Below, in pieces: positions 9,786 to 19,316 of a DNA stretch of 64,000 nucleotides. Both the position numbers and the translations under genes were made by a program. The notes under the pieces were generated by a model that searched no databases, was not told the origin of the DNA, and saw only the letters and a list, made by a program, of their open reading frames with translations. Position 1 is the stretch's first letter, and each line of letters starts with the position of its first letter. The stretch lies in IMG/VR virus record IMGVR_UViG_3300021963_009993, positions 1 through 64,000 of that record. The stretch is one strand, 5' to 3'. The DNA is from a virus.

Positions 9786-10385
9786 TTAAATCTTGGGAAG
9801 TCTTGGCTTTTCTGGTCTTTTAACAGGCTTCGCATAAGCGTCAGGATTCAACCAACCCTTCTTGCCAAACAACTTGGAATAAATTCCTTCTTCTTCTGCT
9901 GGTTTTGCAGCTGGAGATGCAACTTTCAATTTCATGGAAGTCATATCAATCCACTTCTCAAGGTCTTCTGCTATGAATCTGATTTGTCTTGGCAACTCCC
10001 TCATCTTCTCAGCATGACCCGGATTTTTCAGGGAAGTATAAGGACTGGGGATTCCACAATTGTATGCCTCGCTTTGACGAACATTTACCTCAGCACCAAT
10101 TACTTTTTCTTTTAGCAATGTTAATGTTTTATCAACCATTTTCATGCCATATTGAGATGTTACCATGTTCAACTCACTAACAAGTCCATCCAATATTGTT
10201 TTTGTTTTTTTAATCATGGAATTATGTTGCTGCTTGAATTCTGTACACTCACTCTTGTCTGAATGGTCAATCTTAAGTAATAAATCTTGTAACTTGCTGT
10301 TGCCCTCATTTGCTATGTCAATAGCACCTTGCAAAACATCACTTGAATAAACCGACTCATTTAACCATTCATGAAAGTTTTTCAT
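9786..10385 (-). CDS. Tagged hypothetical protein
   Basis: GGAG RBS then MKNFHEWLNE; start refined from 10397. Confidence 0.75.
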   Translation of the reverse strand: MKNFHEWLNESVYSSDVLQGAIDIANEGNSKLQDLLLKIDHSDKSECTEFKQQHNSMIKKTKTILDGLVSELNMVTSQYGMKMVDKTLTLLKEKVIGAEVNVRQSEAYNCGIPSPYTSLKNPGHAEKMRELPRQIRFIAEDLEKWIDMTSMKLKVASPAAKPAEEEGIYSKLFGKKGWLNPDAYAKPVKRPEKPRLPKI

Positions 10386-10453
10386 TGATTTCTCCAAATA
10401 ATTAACTTATAATTGCCATAAACTATATCATATATAGATGAAAAAGGTGAAAA

Positions 10454-10723
10454 ATGGACATCAAATTTATCAATTGGCTCAACAACAGACTCTACAACGA
10501 ATACAATATGGCAGATGCAAAAGAAATGGCTGCATCACTAAAAATCGATATTTCAAAATACGATCCAAAAGAATTAGTCATGGGAATCAATGTTGAAAAG
10601 GAACACAACAAAGACAAGGACATTGATGTTGTAAAAAAGAAAGAAGATGTTTTAAAAATAGCCTTGGCACATTTGCGTGAAGACCCCAAGTATTACACCA
10701 AACTCAAAAAAGTAGAAGCATGA
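10454..10723 (+). CDS. DUF5661-like phage protein, tagged
   Basis: LVMGINVEKEH...IALAHLREDPKYYTKL; N-terminus MDIKFINWL. Confidence 0.75.
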   Translation: MDIKFINWLNNRLYNEYNMADAKEMAASLKIDISKYDPKELVMGINVEKEHNKDKDIDVVKKKEDVLKIALAHLREDPKYYTKLKKVEA

Positions 10724-10893
10724 CACTCGTCATACAACAAAAAGTAATTGATGATGCCTATGTCAACAAATGGGTCTGGCACATCATCGATGAAGAAAGA
10801 AAAATACATATCAAAGGCGAAGAAAAAACCCTCAAAGAATGCCACGAAAAAGGTTTGGTTCACCTACACAAATTAAATAAAAAGAAAAAATGA
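10720..10893 (+). CDS. Hypothetical protein (57 aa)
   Basis: ATGA overlap; MTLVIQQKVIDDAYVNKWVWHII... Confidence 0.55.
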   Translation: MTLVIQQKVIDDAYVNKWVWHIIDEERKIHIKGEEKTLKECHEKGLVHLHKLNKKKK

Positions 10894-10958
10894 TATAGTT
10901 TTATATCAAGATATATCACAAAAAAAGTTGTAATGAATTGGTTCATCCTTAACACTAG
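10891..10958 (+). promoter_or_regulatory. Early promoter family member (AAAAG-TTGTAA-N17-AACACT-AG) with upstream ATATC/GATAT boxes
   Basis: 17-nt spacer counted; the -10 lies in a near-perfect 28-bp palindrome TCATCCTTAACACTAGTGTTAGGGATGA. Confidence 0.75.
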
Positions 10959-11112
10959 TGTTAGGGATGATTCCGTTTACTACAACCACTCGGTGCGCCA
11001 TGTATGAAAATGCGGTAGTTACTGATAAATCTGTATGGGATGTTGGATTTTGTACAATCGCTGAAATCAGTCACTACGGCAACGAAGGATTCTGTGCATA
11101 AAGGAGAACAAC

Positions 11113-11454
11113 ATGGACGCTGAATGCATCAAGAATCGTATTTCTTCTTTGCTACCACCAGAAATACAAGCAGTAGTTGGGCTGGAGGCAGACCTATTGG
11201 GTGAAGTGTGTGTAGTTTCCCGTAAATTTGAAAAGCCCGTTGAGGAGCGTAGACTGGCTGCGCTTGGCCCCAAGCCCACAACAATTGATGAAATTCTAGC
11301 TTACAAAAAGCGAAGATGTGCAATGGGATATGATGAGGTATGTGAAACTATAGCCAAGATAAAAGAGACGGCCAAAATCTTGCGGAAAAATGGTATCCGC
11401 TATAAGACTATCGACAGAGGAATGCGATTGATAGTCCTATCCATCCGGTCTTAA
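11113..11454 (+). CDS. Hypothetical protein
   Basis: AAGGAG RBS. Confidence 0.75.
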   Translation: MDAECIKNRISSLLPPEIQAVVGLEADLLGEVCVVSRKFEKPVEERRLAALGPKPTTIDEILAYKKRRCAMGYDEVCETIAKIKETAKILRKNGIRYKTIDRGMRLIVLSIRS

Positions 11455-11549
11455 ATTGGAAATACGGGGGAACGCCCCTTCCCCCGCTTTCTTGTGCTAT
11501 CATAAAAAACCACTCTACAGGTGTCCTTACCACTAACTGGGAGAACAGC

Positions 11550-11999
11550 ATGGCAAGCAAGAAGCAACGGATTAAGAACATCAATGCAATCCTTGCCAAC
11601 ATGAGTGCGAGTGATCTGCCCCAATTACAAAGGAATGTCTACAAGTACACAAAATGCGGTGCATTCGTTGAATTCAATACTTTTGCCAATGTTGTATACA
11701 CAGAAGATGTTGATGAACTAAAACCAGAAGACATCGAATCAGTTGTTGTCGGTTCTATTGTCGAAGGAACCGATGTGCAAACAGAAAGCCATGTTGTCGA
11801 TATCAATGTCACTTCCATGAAGAAGGTGGTGAAGGCATTCTCTGATGCACTAGAAAGTGTCGAGGAAGAAGCACTACAAATATGGAATGACACACATGGA
11901 TGTGAAGGTTGTCAAAAACATTTGGAACTTGATGAACATGATGTTGTGCCTGTGTGGAGCGATTGCCCTGAATGCAAAGGTCAAGGCACAATAATCTGA
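11550..11999 (+). CDS. Hypothetical protein with C-terminal CxxC...CxxCxG zinc motif
   Basis: GGAG RBS; HGCEGC...DCPECKGQG. Confidence 0.75.
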   Translation: MASKKQRIKNINAILANMSASDLPQLQRNVYKYTKCGAFVEFNTFANVVYTEDVDELKPEDIESVVVGSIVEGTDVQTESHVVDINVTSMKKVVKAFSDALESVEEEALQIWNDTHGCEGCQKHLELDEHDVVPVWSDCPECKGQGTII

Positions 12000-12635
12000 A
12001 TGGAGTCTACCATGTACGATATTGACTACGATTATGACACTAATCTCACCAAAGCCGTTGTTGTGTCTAATTTTGCTATGGATGAAATACTTGACTATGA
12101 CCTTATGGAAATCGTTAATGCAGATGTTGACTTTTTCAAAAGGATGATAGTTTGGGCAAATAAAAAAATGGGTTTAAAGCAGCCAAAAATAATAAATTTT
12201 AATTTTGAAGAAATGTATCCAGTTCAATTAGAAGATGAGAATGTAAGAAAAAACCTTGGCGAAAAAGGTTGGGGTTTTGCATGCTTCCAACAAAAAGATT
12301 TGTTTCGTATTACTATAGACAAGCAAACAACCTCTTTCGAGTCATGTATAACCAAGGATAAAATTTGCTTGGTTGAGATTCTATTGGAATTAGTTTCTTG
12401 GTCACTTGTTATGAGTGCATTAAATGGATTAAAAAAACAAGAAATCATTCAACTAATCAAAACTAAAATATGCTCTGCTTACAAGGCAGATGGCAAAAAC
12501 TTGTTTAAGGCTTTCTCCAATCATCCAATAGAAATGCCTACAGACAAGAGAATACCCAATTTATACTTGGAACTTTACAACAAGCTGCCACCCGATCAAC
12601 AAAAGTCTCTCATGGAAGCACTTGGAATCAAATAA
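12000..12635 (+). CDS. Hypothetical protein with shared C-terminal YNKLPP tail (1 of 4)
   Basis: Ends IPNLYLELYNKLPPDQQKSLMEALGIK. Confidence 0.8.
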   Translation: MESTMYDIDYDYDTNLTKAVVVSNFAMDEILDYDLMEIVNADVDFFKRMIVWANKKMGLKQPKIINFNFEEMYPVQLEDENVRKNLGEKGWGFACFQQKDLFRITIDKQTTSFESCITKDKICLVEILLELVSWSLVMSALNGLKKQEIIQLIKTKICSAYKADGKNLFKAFSNHPIEMPTDKRIPNLYLELYNKLPPDQQKSLMEALGIK

Positions 12636-12648
12636 AAAGGAGTTTGTC

Positions 12649-13224
12649 ATGTCTGATTTTTTCACAAATGATGATATTGAAATTGAAAACAACCTTTCAC
12701 CAGAATTTGGTTTTAATAACAAATTGCTTAAAGCTTATGTTGAATGGACTCAAAAGCAGTTGGATTTTGTGAACGAAAACAAAAAAAAATTCATATTTTA
12801 TTCAATCAAATTGGAAGATTGCGAGAATGAATTAATCCGTCAGATCATTTCGGAAAAGGGTTATTACTACAAAGGAGGTTGGAGAAACACAACCGAAATA
12901 ACCTTCTTGGAAAATCACAAATCATTCGTTTCTTTAGTAAGTTTAACTCCAAAAATTGTCGATTTTAAAACCATACTTTTAGAATTAATTGGATGGGGTT
13001 TTTTCCCAGAACAGTTTTTATCATACGAAAGAAACATAATAGTTTGCAAGAAAATGATACAAAAAAAAGTGATTGATGCTTATGAATTGTTTAATGAAAA
13101 GGAATTCATATTAAATGTTGCTGATGTTGTCCTAACAAAAATACCAGATGCATATTTGGAAATGTATAACAAGTTGCCACCCGATCAACAAAAGTCTCTC
13201 ATGGAAGCACTTGGAGTAAAATAA
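12649..13224 (+). CDS. Hypothetical protein with shared C-terminal YNKLPP tail (2 of 4)
   Basis: AAGGAG RBS before ATG 12649; ends IPDAYLEMYNKLPPDQQKSLMEALGVK. Confidence 0.8.
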   Translation: MSDFFTNDDIEIENNLSPEFGFNNKLLKAYVEWTQKQLDFVNENKKKFIFYSIKLEDCENELIRQIISEKGYYYKGGWRNTTEITFLENHKSFVSLVSLTPKIVDFKTILLELIGWGFFPEQFLSYERNIIVCKKMIQKKVIDAYELFNEKEFILNVADVVLTKIPDAYLEMYNKLPPDQQKSLMEALGVK

Positions 13225-13572
13225 GTGTTCAGTTTTAAAACAAAAGAATTTAAAAAAGATGAATGGCTGATAACATTGAGCTACGAAGGAGATGGTTTAA
13301 TAGGCAAATATAAAAACGAAGTAGATGATGAAGAAGGGGATGTTCCTCTTCTGACATTGAAAGTGTTTGAATCAAATACCCAAAGGCTGAAAACGAAATG
13401 CTATTTGAGGCCAACAGATGATTCCAAAAAACTGAATTCTGCTCTGCCGATGGTACATGAAGCTATTGTCAACCAAAAGAACCGTGATAAATTCTTTTGG
13501 GAAAGATTCATGTACCTCCATATCCACCAAGGAAAAGTCAAACTAGACTGCCCCAAGGGAGAACCAGAGTGA
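13225..13572 (+). CDS. Hypothetical phage protein
   Basis: GTG start abutting the previous stop; SYEGDG..G.Y....D....VPLL motif. Confidence 0.7.
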   Translation: MFSFKTKEFKKDEWLITLSYEGDGLIGKYKNEVDDEEGDVPLLTLKVFESNTQRLKTKCYLRPTDDSKKLNSALPMVHEAIVNQKNRDKFFWERFMYLHIHQGKVKLDCPKGEPE

Positions 13573-14135
13573 GTGATATCATCCCAATATCTGAAGGAGA
13601 TAACATTCAAAATGTATTTAATTTTGTTTACTCAAGTCAGGTAATATCCAAAGAGAATCCAATCAAACTAAAGGCTTCCAAAATATTAATACCGGGGTAC
13701 ACACTCTATGTAACATCTTCAAATCCACAATCACTATCAGTTGTAAGCATGTGTATTTATTCAAATAGAAGTTGGGAAGACGATACTGTTGAATACTTCT
13801 CGCTGGATGAGAAATTCAAAATAATTGATGATTGCGTCTTTGTTGAATCATTCAACAAAAAACTAGTCAAACTATTTCAAAAAGGTGCAGAACTTGTTTT
13901 CTTGTGCAACAACTATTCAACGGATGGAGAATGGTGGGATGATTCATATGAGCAAAGAATCAAATTGTCAGAAAATTCAGATTATTTTGAGATCGCTCTG
14001 CCAAGAACAATTGAATTTTGCAGAAAGAATGTAACATTCAGAAATGAGAAAGGAATTCCACCAGAATACATGGAACTCTACAACAAGCTACCACCAGAAC
14101 AAAAAGAATCGCTTCTACAAGGATTTAAACAATGA
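13569..14135 (+). CDS. Hypothetical protein with shared C-terminal YNKLPP tail (3 of 4)
   Basis: GTGA overlap start; ends IPPEYMELYNKLPPEQKESLLQGFKQ. Confidence 0.75.
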   Translation: MSDIIPISEGDNIQNVFNFVYSSQVISKENPIKLKASKILIPGYTLYVTSSNPQSLSVVSMCIYSNRSWEDDTVEYFSLDEKFKIIDDCVFVESFNKKLVKLFQKGAELVFLCNNYSTDGEWWDDSYEQRIKLSENSDYFEIALPRTIEFCRKNVTFRNEKGIPPEYMELYNKLPPEQKESLLQGFKQ

Positions 14136-14710
14136 ATACAATTTTTTTATTGTTTTTGTTCTTCCAAACCCCATACAACAAGTACATCCTAATCAAATCG
14201 AATGATGTATCTTTTTACCTCAATCCAAGTTTCGCACACAAAAAGAATGATGTTTTCAATCTAGTTGATATGCAAACATCCAATCTAAGATTGAAACTCA
14301 ACAACAGAACATACGACTTGCTGAGAAAAACCAAGGTATTTCTTAATTTCAAAGACAATTCAAAAGCACTTTCTTACTTCCATCCAGCAAAATCAAAAGC
14401 CTTCGACATACCACAAAAGGCAGAAAGCATCGAGTTTCTTGATGAAGATGGGTTTTTCAAAGACAAAAAAGGTTTGATATTATTGCATGAATTAGCCCAC
14501 GCATATCACTACACATTCTTGAGGGATAATACTGTTAGTGCTACTTACAAGAAGGCAAAAGACAATCAATTGTATGATTCAAATGCTTATATCATGTCTG
14601 ACCACAGGGAATACTTCGCTGAACTTGCTGTTTTGTATGCGAGGGATAGAATTGCCTTGAGAAAGAAAGACAGTAACGGCTACGATCTTGTTAAACAACT
14701 TTTTAACTAG
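14132..14710 (+). CDS. Zincin-like metallopeptidase with N-terminal hydrophobic segment
   Basis: ILLHELAHAYH (HExxH) plus YIMSDHREYFAEL, a lethal-factor-like third ligand pattern. Confidence 0.75.
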   Translation: MNTIFLLFLFFQTPYNKYILIKSNDVSFYLNPSFAHKKNDVFNLVDMQTSNLRLKLNNRTYDLLRKTKVFLNFKDNSKALSYFHPAKSKAFDIPQKAESIEFLDEDGFFKDKKGLILLHELAHAYHYTFLRDNTVSATYKKAKDNQLYDSNAYIMSDHREYFAELAVLYARDRIALRKKDSNGYDLVKQLFN

Positions 14711-14721
14711 CGAGGTCAATC

Positions 14722-15117
14722 ATGACTATCAAGAAGTATGCTTCAAATCCAAAAAGGGAAATATTCCTCAAAAGAGCGGAAGGTAATGCTTTTGTCATTT
14801 TGGCTACCGCCATGCATTATGCTCCCATGTTTGGCATAGATAAAAAACATTTGCACAAAGAAATGACGAGTGGAAATTACGAAAACCTTATTCAAGTTTT
14901 TGACAAATACTTTGGTGTTTTGTTTGACATCATCTTGGAAGATGAGGAAGAAATAGATGAAGAACAAGAAGATTTGCTAGAATTTCTGCTTCAGAAGAAG
15001 AGGGAAGAAAATAAGATAACTAAGATACCTGAAGAATACCGCAATTTATATCACAAATTGCCACCTGAACAACAAAGGATACTCATGGAAGAATTTGTCA
15101 AACAAAATAAAGGTTGA
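14722..15117 (+). CDS. Conserved phage protein with shared C-terminal YHKLPP tail (4 of 4)
   Basis: GNAFVILA...EMTSGNYENLIQVFDKYFG core, acidic linker, then IPEEYRNLYHKLPPEQQRILMEEF. Confidence 0.75.
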   Translation: MTIKKYASNPKREIFLKRAEGNAFVILATAMHYAPMFGIDKKHLHKEMTSGNYENLIQVFDKYFGVLFDIILEDEEEIDEEQEDLLEFLLQKKREENKITKIPEEYRNLYHKLPPEQQRILMEEFVKQNKG

Positions 15118-15901
15118 TGCAAGAGAGGAACTCACCATGTTGAAAAGAGGAACAACAAGAGAAGATGGAAAGATTTTTTATGCCTACAGAAAGAGGAAAA
15201 ACAAACCAACCAAGGAAATTTGGTTGACCAAAGAACAATTTGAAAAATGGGAAACAACCAGAAAGAAATACAGAGATAATGGATTAAATGCATACAAAAA
15301 AGAACAAATGAAACTGCCCAAGGAAGAAAGGAATGTCCTCGGCAAATACAATCCTGAAAATGGTTTGTATTTCATTCAAATCTTCTGTAATGCCAAGATA
15401 CGATATGGAACATGGGAAGAAGTACAAGAATTCAGGGAAAGGCGCAAACGAAACCAAAGAATTGCATCCAAGAGAAGAAAAACCGAAACTCCTTTGCCAA
15501 CGGTCTGTGTGGGTGACAAACATCCAACCGATGAAAATCTTATTGTTATCAAGATAAGATACAACAAAGTCTTTTATGGGCCTCCAGAAAAGCTGGAGCA
15601 TAGGAAACAACAACAAAAAATTTGGCATAAGAAACATTGTGAGAAATTCAATAAAGTTGAACAATATAAAAAAATAAGACAAGAGAAGTTGAAATTTCTC
15701 AATGAAAATCCTCATCTCAAATTCAAGAGAGGAGATGTCAATCCCGTCACATCTCAAAGATTTTGGGGATACACCACACTTGGCAATGAAAATTGGCTAA
15801 CAATAGAAAATTTTGAAAAAAAGAAGGAGAGAGAAAGGCAGAAAGGAAAAAGAAGACAGCTGGTGCTTCAAAACAAAAAGTTGCAAAGTAAAGCAACTTA
15901 A
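15095..15901 (+). CDS. Basic repeat protein (KRG..REDG / KRGDVNP repeats), probable nucleic-acid binder
   Basis: Lys/Arg-rich; shares KRG.xREDG, YNPEN.LYF, KRGDV.P and E.WLT.E.F blocks with 21602..22075. The true start may be downstream. Confidence 0.7.
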   Translation: MSNKIKVDAREELTMLKRGTTREDGKIFYAYRKRKNKPTKEIWLTKEQFEKWETTRKKYRDNGLNAYKKEQMKLPKEERNVLGKYNPENGLYFIQIFCNAKIRYGTWEEVQEFRERRKRNQRIASKRRKTETPLPTVCVGDKHPTDENLIVIKIRYNKVFYGPPEKLEHRKQQQKIWHKKHCEKFNKVEQYKKIRQEKLKFLNENPHLKFKRGDVNPVTSQRFWGYTTLGNENWLTIENFEKKKERERQKGKRRQLVLQNKKLQSKAT

Positions 15902-15936
15902 TATACACTACTCTTGTGTTTAAACCACACAAGAGG
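15876..15936 (+). promoter_or_regulatory. Early promoter family member followed by a stem-loop
   Basis: AAAAG-TTGCAA-N17-TACACT, then stem CTCTTGTGT/ACACAAGAG just before the RBS. Confidence 0.65.
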
Positions 15937-15944
15937 GTGCAGCA

Positions 15945-16154
15945 ATGAAGACAGATTCAGGCTACAATGTTGCAGAATCATTCCATGTCGATAATGGAAT
16001 ACAATTGATTCGTGTTGAGAGGGATGGATTCCTTCACAACCATGTAACATGGCTGATGAATGAGCAAGGCAATTGCTCTGATGGCAACTACTTTGAAACC
16101 AAAGAAGCTGCCGAAAAGGATTTCCAAAATAGGAAAAATAGCTACAAGGTGTAA
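15945..16154 (+). CDS. Hypothetical protein
   Basis: GAGGG RBS; VTW...GNYF...AEKDF motif. Confidence 0.65.
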   Translation: MKTDSGYNVAESFHVDNGIQLIRVERDGFLHNHVTWLMNEQGNCSDGNYFETKEAAEKDFQNRKNSYKV

Positions 16155-16158
16155 TATC

Positions 16159-16431
16159 ATGCCTAGCAAGATCATCAAGGTTAACCCGGAACATGATGCC
16201 GTCAAGGGTTCTGAAAAACATGACATACCCAAGCCTTTTGAGGTTGGGCACTACAAGTTCTTTCCTTGCAGTTTGAGTGTAAACACCAAGAATGGTCTTA
16301 AATACTTCCTTCTCTGTCGTGGAATATCTGGCTTGTGGTTGCCCGAAACCAAATCACCCAGATTCAAAAATAAACAAGAAGCAACTGCATTTGCAGAAAA
16401 AAACAAAGACCTGTCAATTAAGCCTTGGTAA
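16159..16431 (+). CDS. Hypothetical protein
   Basis: AAGGTG RBS before ATG 16159. Confidence 0.65.
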   Translation: MPSKIIKVNPEHDAVKGSEKHDIPKPFEVGHYKFFPCSLSVNTKNGLKYFLLCRGISGLWLPETKSPRFKNKQEATAFAEKNKDLSIKPW

Positions 16432-16433
16432 AC

Positions 16434-16491
16434 TGATATCAAAAGATATAACAATAAAAGTTGTTGTGTAGTTTCTGATTGATTACACTAG
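16434..16491 (+). promoter_or_regulatory. Early promoter family member
   Basis: TGATATCAAAAGATAT box, then AAAAG-TTGTTG-N17-TACACT-AG. Confidence 0.8.
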
Positions 16492-16514
16492 TTTTGTAAT
16501 AACGGGGGCTGCAC

Positions 16515-16697
16515 ATGGAAGACCTTAAGTGTAATTGCCCAAACTGTGGCAAACGAATTAATGTTGAGCTTTATCGTGTTGCAGTCATGCAATTCAAAAG
16601 GAAATGCCGTAATTGCGGTGATAGGTGGCAAATTCTGGCTAAACCACTCCAAAACAAAGGTTGTTTAGTTCATGTGCTTTCTTTCGTCAAGATTTAG
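16515..16697 (+). CDS. Small zinc-ribbon protein
   Basis: CPNCG...CRNCG. Confidence 0.65.
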   Translation: MEDLKCNCPNCGKRINVELYRVAVMQFKRKCRNCGDRWQILAKPLQNKGCLVHVLSFVKI

Positions 16698-16706
16698 GAG
16701 CATCTG

Positions 16707-16889
16707 ATGAAACCAAGGATTAGGTACAAGGTTGAACTGGAATACGAAACGATGTCAGGCAACAAAGCTGTGCGTGTCTATGCTGTTGCTGCAACCAATG
16801 ACAAAAGTGCAATCAACTACGCACAAATCCGCATAGAAAGGCTCAAAGACTTCAAGAAAACAATATCTGCTACCGCTGTTGAAGTTTAA
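16707..16889 (+). CDS. Hypothetical protein
   Basis: AGGAG RBS. Confidence 0.65.
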   Translation: MKPRIRYKVELEYETMSGNKAVRVYAVAATNDKSAINYAQIRIERLKDFKKTISATAVEV

Positions 16890-17292
16890 TCGGTGTCTCA
16901 TGTGCAAGAAGTCATTGGCTGAATCCCATCCAGAACTTGCCAAACAAGCCTATGGATGGGATGCCTCAAAAATAAGTCGTGGTAGTGCCAAAAAACTACC
17001 TTGGATATGTGAAAAAGGACATATCTGGGAATCCGTAGTTGGAAACAGAACAGTTAAAAACTATGGTTGCCCAGTTTGTTCTAACAAAAAAGTTCTCGTA
17101 GGATTCAACGATCTAAAAACCACTCATCCAGAAATATCAGCACAAGCACATGGTTGGAATCCAGAAGAAGTCACAGCTGGATCAAGCAACAATAAACTAC
17201 CTTGGATATGTGATAAAGGACATATCTGGCACTCAACACCTAATAACAGACTCCAAGGAAGAGGATGCCCCTACTGTGCAGGTAGGAAATAA
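16879..17292 (+). CDS. Tandem zinc-ribbon repeat protein (DUF4379-like)
   Basis: Two repeats HPEL..QA.GW...GS..KLPWIC.KGH.W...GCP.C. Confidence 0.8.
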   Translation: MKFNRCLMCKKSLAESHPELAKQAYGWDASKISRGSAKKLPWICEKGHIWESVVGNRTVKNYGCPVCSNKKVLVGFNDLKTTHPEISAQAHGWNPEEVTAGSSNNKLPWICDKGHIWHSTPNNRLQGRGCPYCAGRK

Positions 17293-17334
17293 TTGATGTG
17301 ATATCAGTAAATAATCAACAACAAGGGGATTTAC

Positions 17335-17853
17335 ATGAAGACATTCAGAGAGTTTGTTGAAATGATGCAAGAAAACAACGGTGTTGATATAAACACATTA
17401 GCTCTATCCATGAAGTTCTTACCCACATCAAAAAAGAAAATTGTTTATAACTTTGTTGATTCTGTTGAAAATATGCCACCAATGACTTACGCAGTAGCAA
17501 CCCAACCAAAAGAAGTTGTAACTGTAACCGCCGATGGAAAAGAAACAAAAAATGTAGCACAACCAAACGATATCATAATGAGTGGGCCAAGTCGTGAAAA
17601 CTATGTAATAAAAGCTGCTAAATTCCCCAAACTTTATAACGGTAATATTGGTGGAGAAGTTTTCCCAGATCAAAGCCCAAGAAATGTAGCTCGTTATACT
17701 GGTCAAGAAACTGTCATGTTCAAAGCACCTTGGGGCGAAGATATGGTACTCAAACCCGGAGACTATCTCGTAAAGGAAGATGAAGGCAAATACTATCGCA
17801 TAGCCAAATCAGAATACGAACAAACCTACAATACCCCCGGCAAGATTGGCTAA
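17335..17853 (+). CDS. PGDYG-domain-like protein, tagged
   Basis: MKTFREFVE tag; APWGEDMVLKPGDYLVK...YYRIAKSEYEQTY. Confidence 0.75.
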   Translation: MKTFREFVEMMQENNGVDINTLALSMKFLPTSKKKIVYNFVDSVENMPPMTYAVATQPKEVVTVTADGKETKNVAQPNDIIMSGPSRENYVIKAAKFPKLYNGNIGGEVFPDQSPRNVARYTGQETVMFKAPWGEDMVLKPGDYLVKEDEGKYYRIAKSEYEQTYNTPGKIG

Positions 17854-17871
17854 AATTCCATACAGTTAATC

Positions 17872-17879
17872 CATAAATA
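17872..17879 (+). promoter_or_regulatory. T4-type late promoter (CATAAATA)
   Basis: 5 nt before ATG 17885. Confidence 0.6.
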
Positions 17880-17884
17880 ACAGT

Positions 17885-18700
17885 ATGGAATTCTCAAATT
17901 GGTTAATTAAAGAAGAACTATCACTAAAAGGTTCATTCAAAGGAAGCTGGTTTCAAAGACTCGTGGCAGCTATGTATGTGCTGGCACCAGAAGCCGAACC
18001 AGAAGCACTCAAACTCTACCACCAAAAAGATGGATTAACTGACAAAATAGCCAAACAATTCAAACAACTTCAATCAAGATTCACACACCAACTAAGCAAA
18101 GATGATCCTTTTCAATCAAGCAAAGAACTCATCAAACATATTGACACACAAAAAGAACAAGGAAAAAGAAAACCATCTGTACCAGCATACGACGCAGAAC
18201 TAGGCCCAAACGAAACACCCGGAAAAAAAGGACACCCTGCATGGACTAAGGAAGAAGATTCCAAATTCGGTTGGGTACACGATCTCCTAACACACTACCA
18301 AAAGAAATTAGCTTTCGATGCCAGAGGCGAGGCAAGAGCATACCTGACCCATATCAAAACCCTGCCACCAAAATTAGCCCCAATCATGTTCACAGAAGTT
18401 ATCGCACAAACCTCTTACTACTACATCTATGGCGATTTCCCAAAACAAAAAGCCACAATCCTAAACGATTTCGACTTCTTCAATGTCGGCAAACTAAACC
18501 CATCTTCAAAATTAAACAAATTCTTTGAATACAAAAACAAAGAACTAAAACCAAAATATAAATTCAATATCAATGAACTCTCAATAGTTCATCCAAACCT
18601 TCCAACAGTACTCAAAGAACAAGAAAAAAGATGGAACCAAGAAACAAAACCCAAACACAAACTAGACACAATAACTCAGGATAATTATGAAAAATTATAA
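17885..18700 (+). CDS. Tagged protein with possible metallopeptidase-like core seen in polyvalent proteins
   Basis: MEFSNWLIKEE; WVHDLLTH...FDARGE.RA...H...FTEV..Q...GDFPKQK. Confidence 0.6.
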   Translation: MEFSNWLIKEELSLKGSFKGSWFQRLVAAMYVLAPEAEPEALKLYHQKDGLTDKIAKQFKQLQSRFTHQLSKDDPFQSSKELIKHIDTQKEQGKRKPSVPAYDAELGPNETPGKKGHPAWTKEEDSKFGWVHDLLTHYQKKLAFDARGEARAYLTHIKTLPPKLAPIMFTEVIAQTSYYYIYGDFPKQKATILNDFDFFNVGKLNPSSKLNKFFEYKNKELKPKYKFNINELSIVHPNLPTVLKEQEKRWNQETKPKHKLDTITQDNYEKL

Positions 18701-19277
18701 CTTTAAAACATGGATCAATCTAAAAGAAGCATTCCTACCACCAGACGCTCCCCCACCAGCTATGGTTCAAAAAGCACCAGAAAATGATACTTTAAGAGTA
18801 TTAAAAGGTTTACAACCACTCAAGAAAATAGATTCCATGCAAAATTACTTGGACAAAATCCAATCAGTAAACCAAAATCTAAATAAACTCGCTCAACAAA
18901 CACACGATAATCCAATATTGTGGACAAAACTACACTCAGAACAACCAAATATAAACGGTCTAACACACCAAGAAGCTCTGGAATCCTTCATCAATGAATT
19001 CCAAAGCATAACAAATAACATTCTCAGCAATCCAGAAAAACATATTGAGGAATACAGAAAACTCGCAAGCAAACCAAAATCATTGGATGAAGATGAATTC
19101 GATAAACTACTTGCCTACACCGTATTGTTCAGATTAACCTCGCAAATCAATATGGAACTGAGAGATTTGTCAAAAGACAACTTGGTCAACACACTCAATC
19201 AATTAGATTATTATTTGTTCAAATCGCCAACAGGTTACCAAAAATCAATTAAATATGTTAACCCTATCCTAAAATAA
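18687..19277 (+). CDS. Tagged hypothetical protein
   Basis: MKNYNFKTWINLKE. Confidence 0.75.
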   Translation: MKNYNFKTWINLKEAFLPPDAPPPAMVQKAPENDTLRVLKGLQPLKKIDSMQNYLDKIQSVNQNLNKLAQQTHDNPILWTKLHSEQPNINGLTHQEALESFINEFQSITNNILSNPEKHIEEYRKLASKPKSLDEDEFDKLLAYTVLFRLTSQINMELRDLSKDNLVNTLNQLDYYLFKSPTGYQKSIKYVNPILK

Positions 19278-19306
19278 AAAAAGCCCCCTGTATCAGAGGG
19301 CTTTTT
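19277..19306. terminator. Bidirectional terminator
   Basis: A-tract, GCCC-ctgtatcaga-GGGC, T-tract between convergent genes. Confidence 0.6.
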
Positions 19307-19316
19307 CTTATCCACA

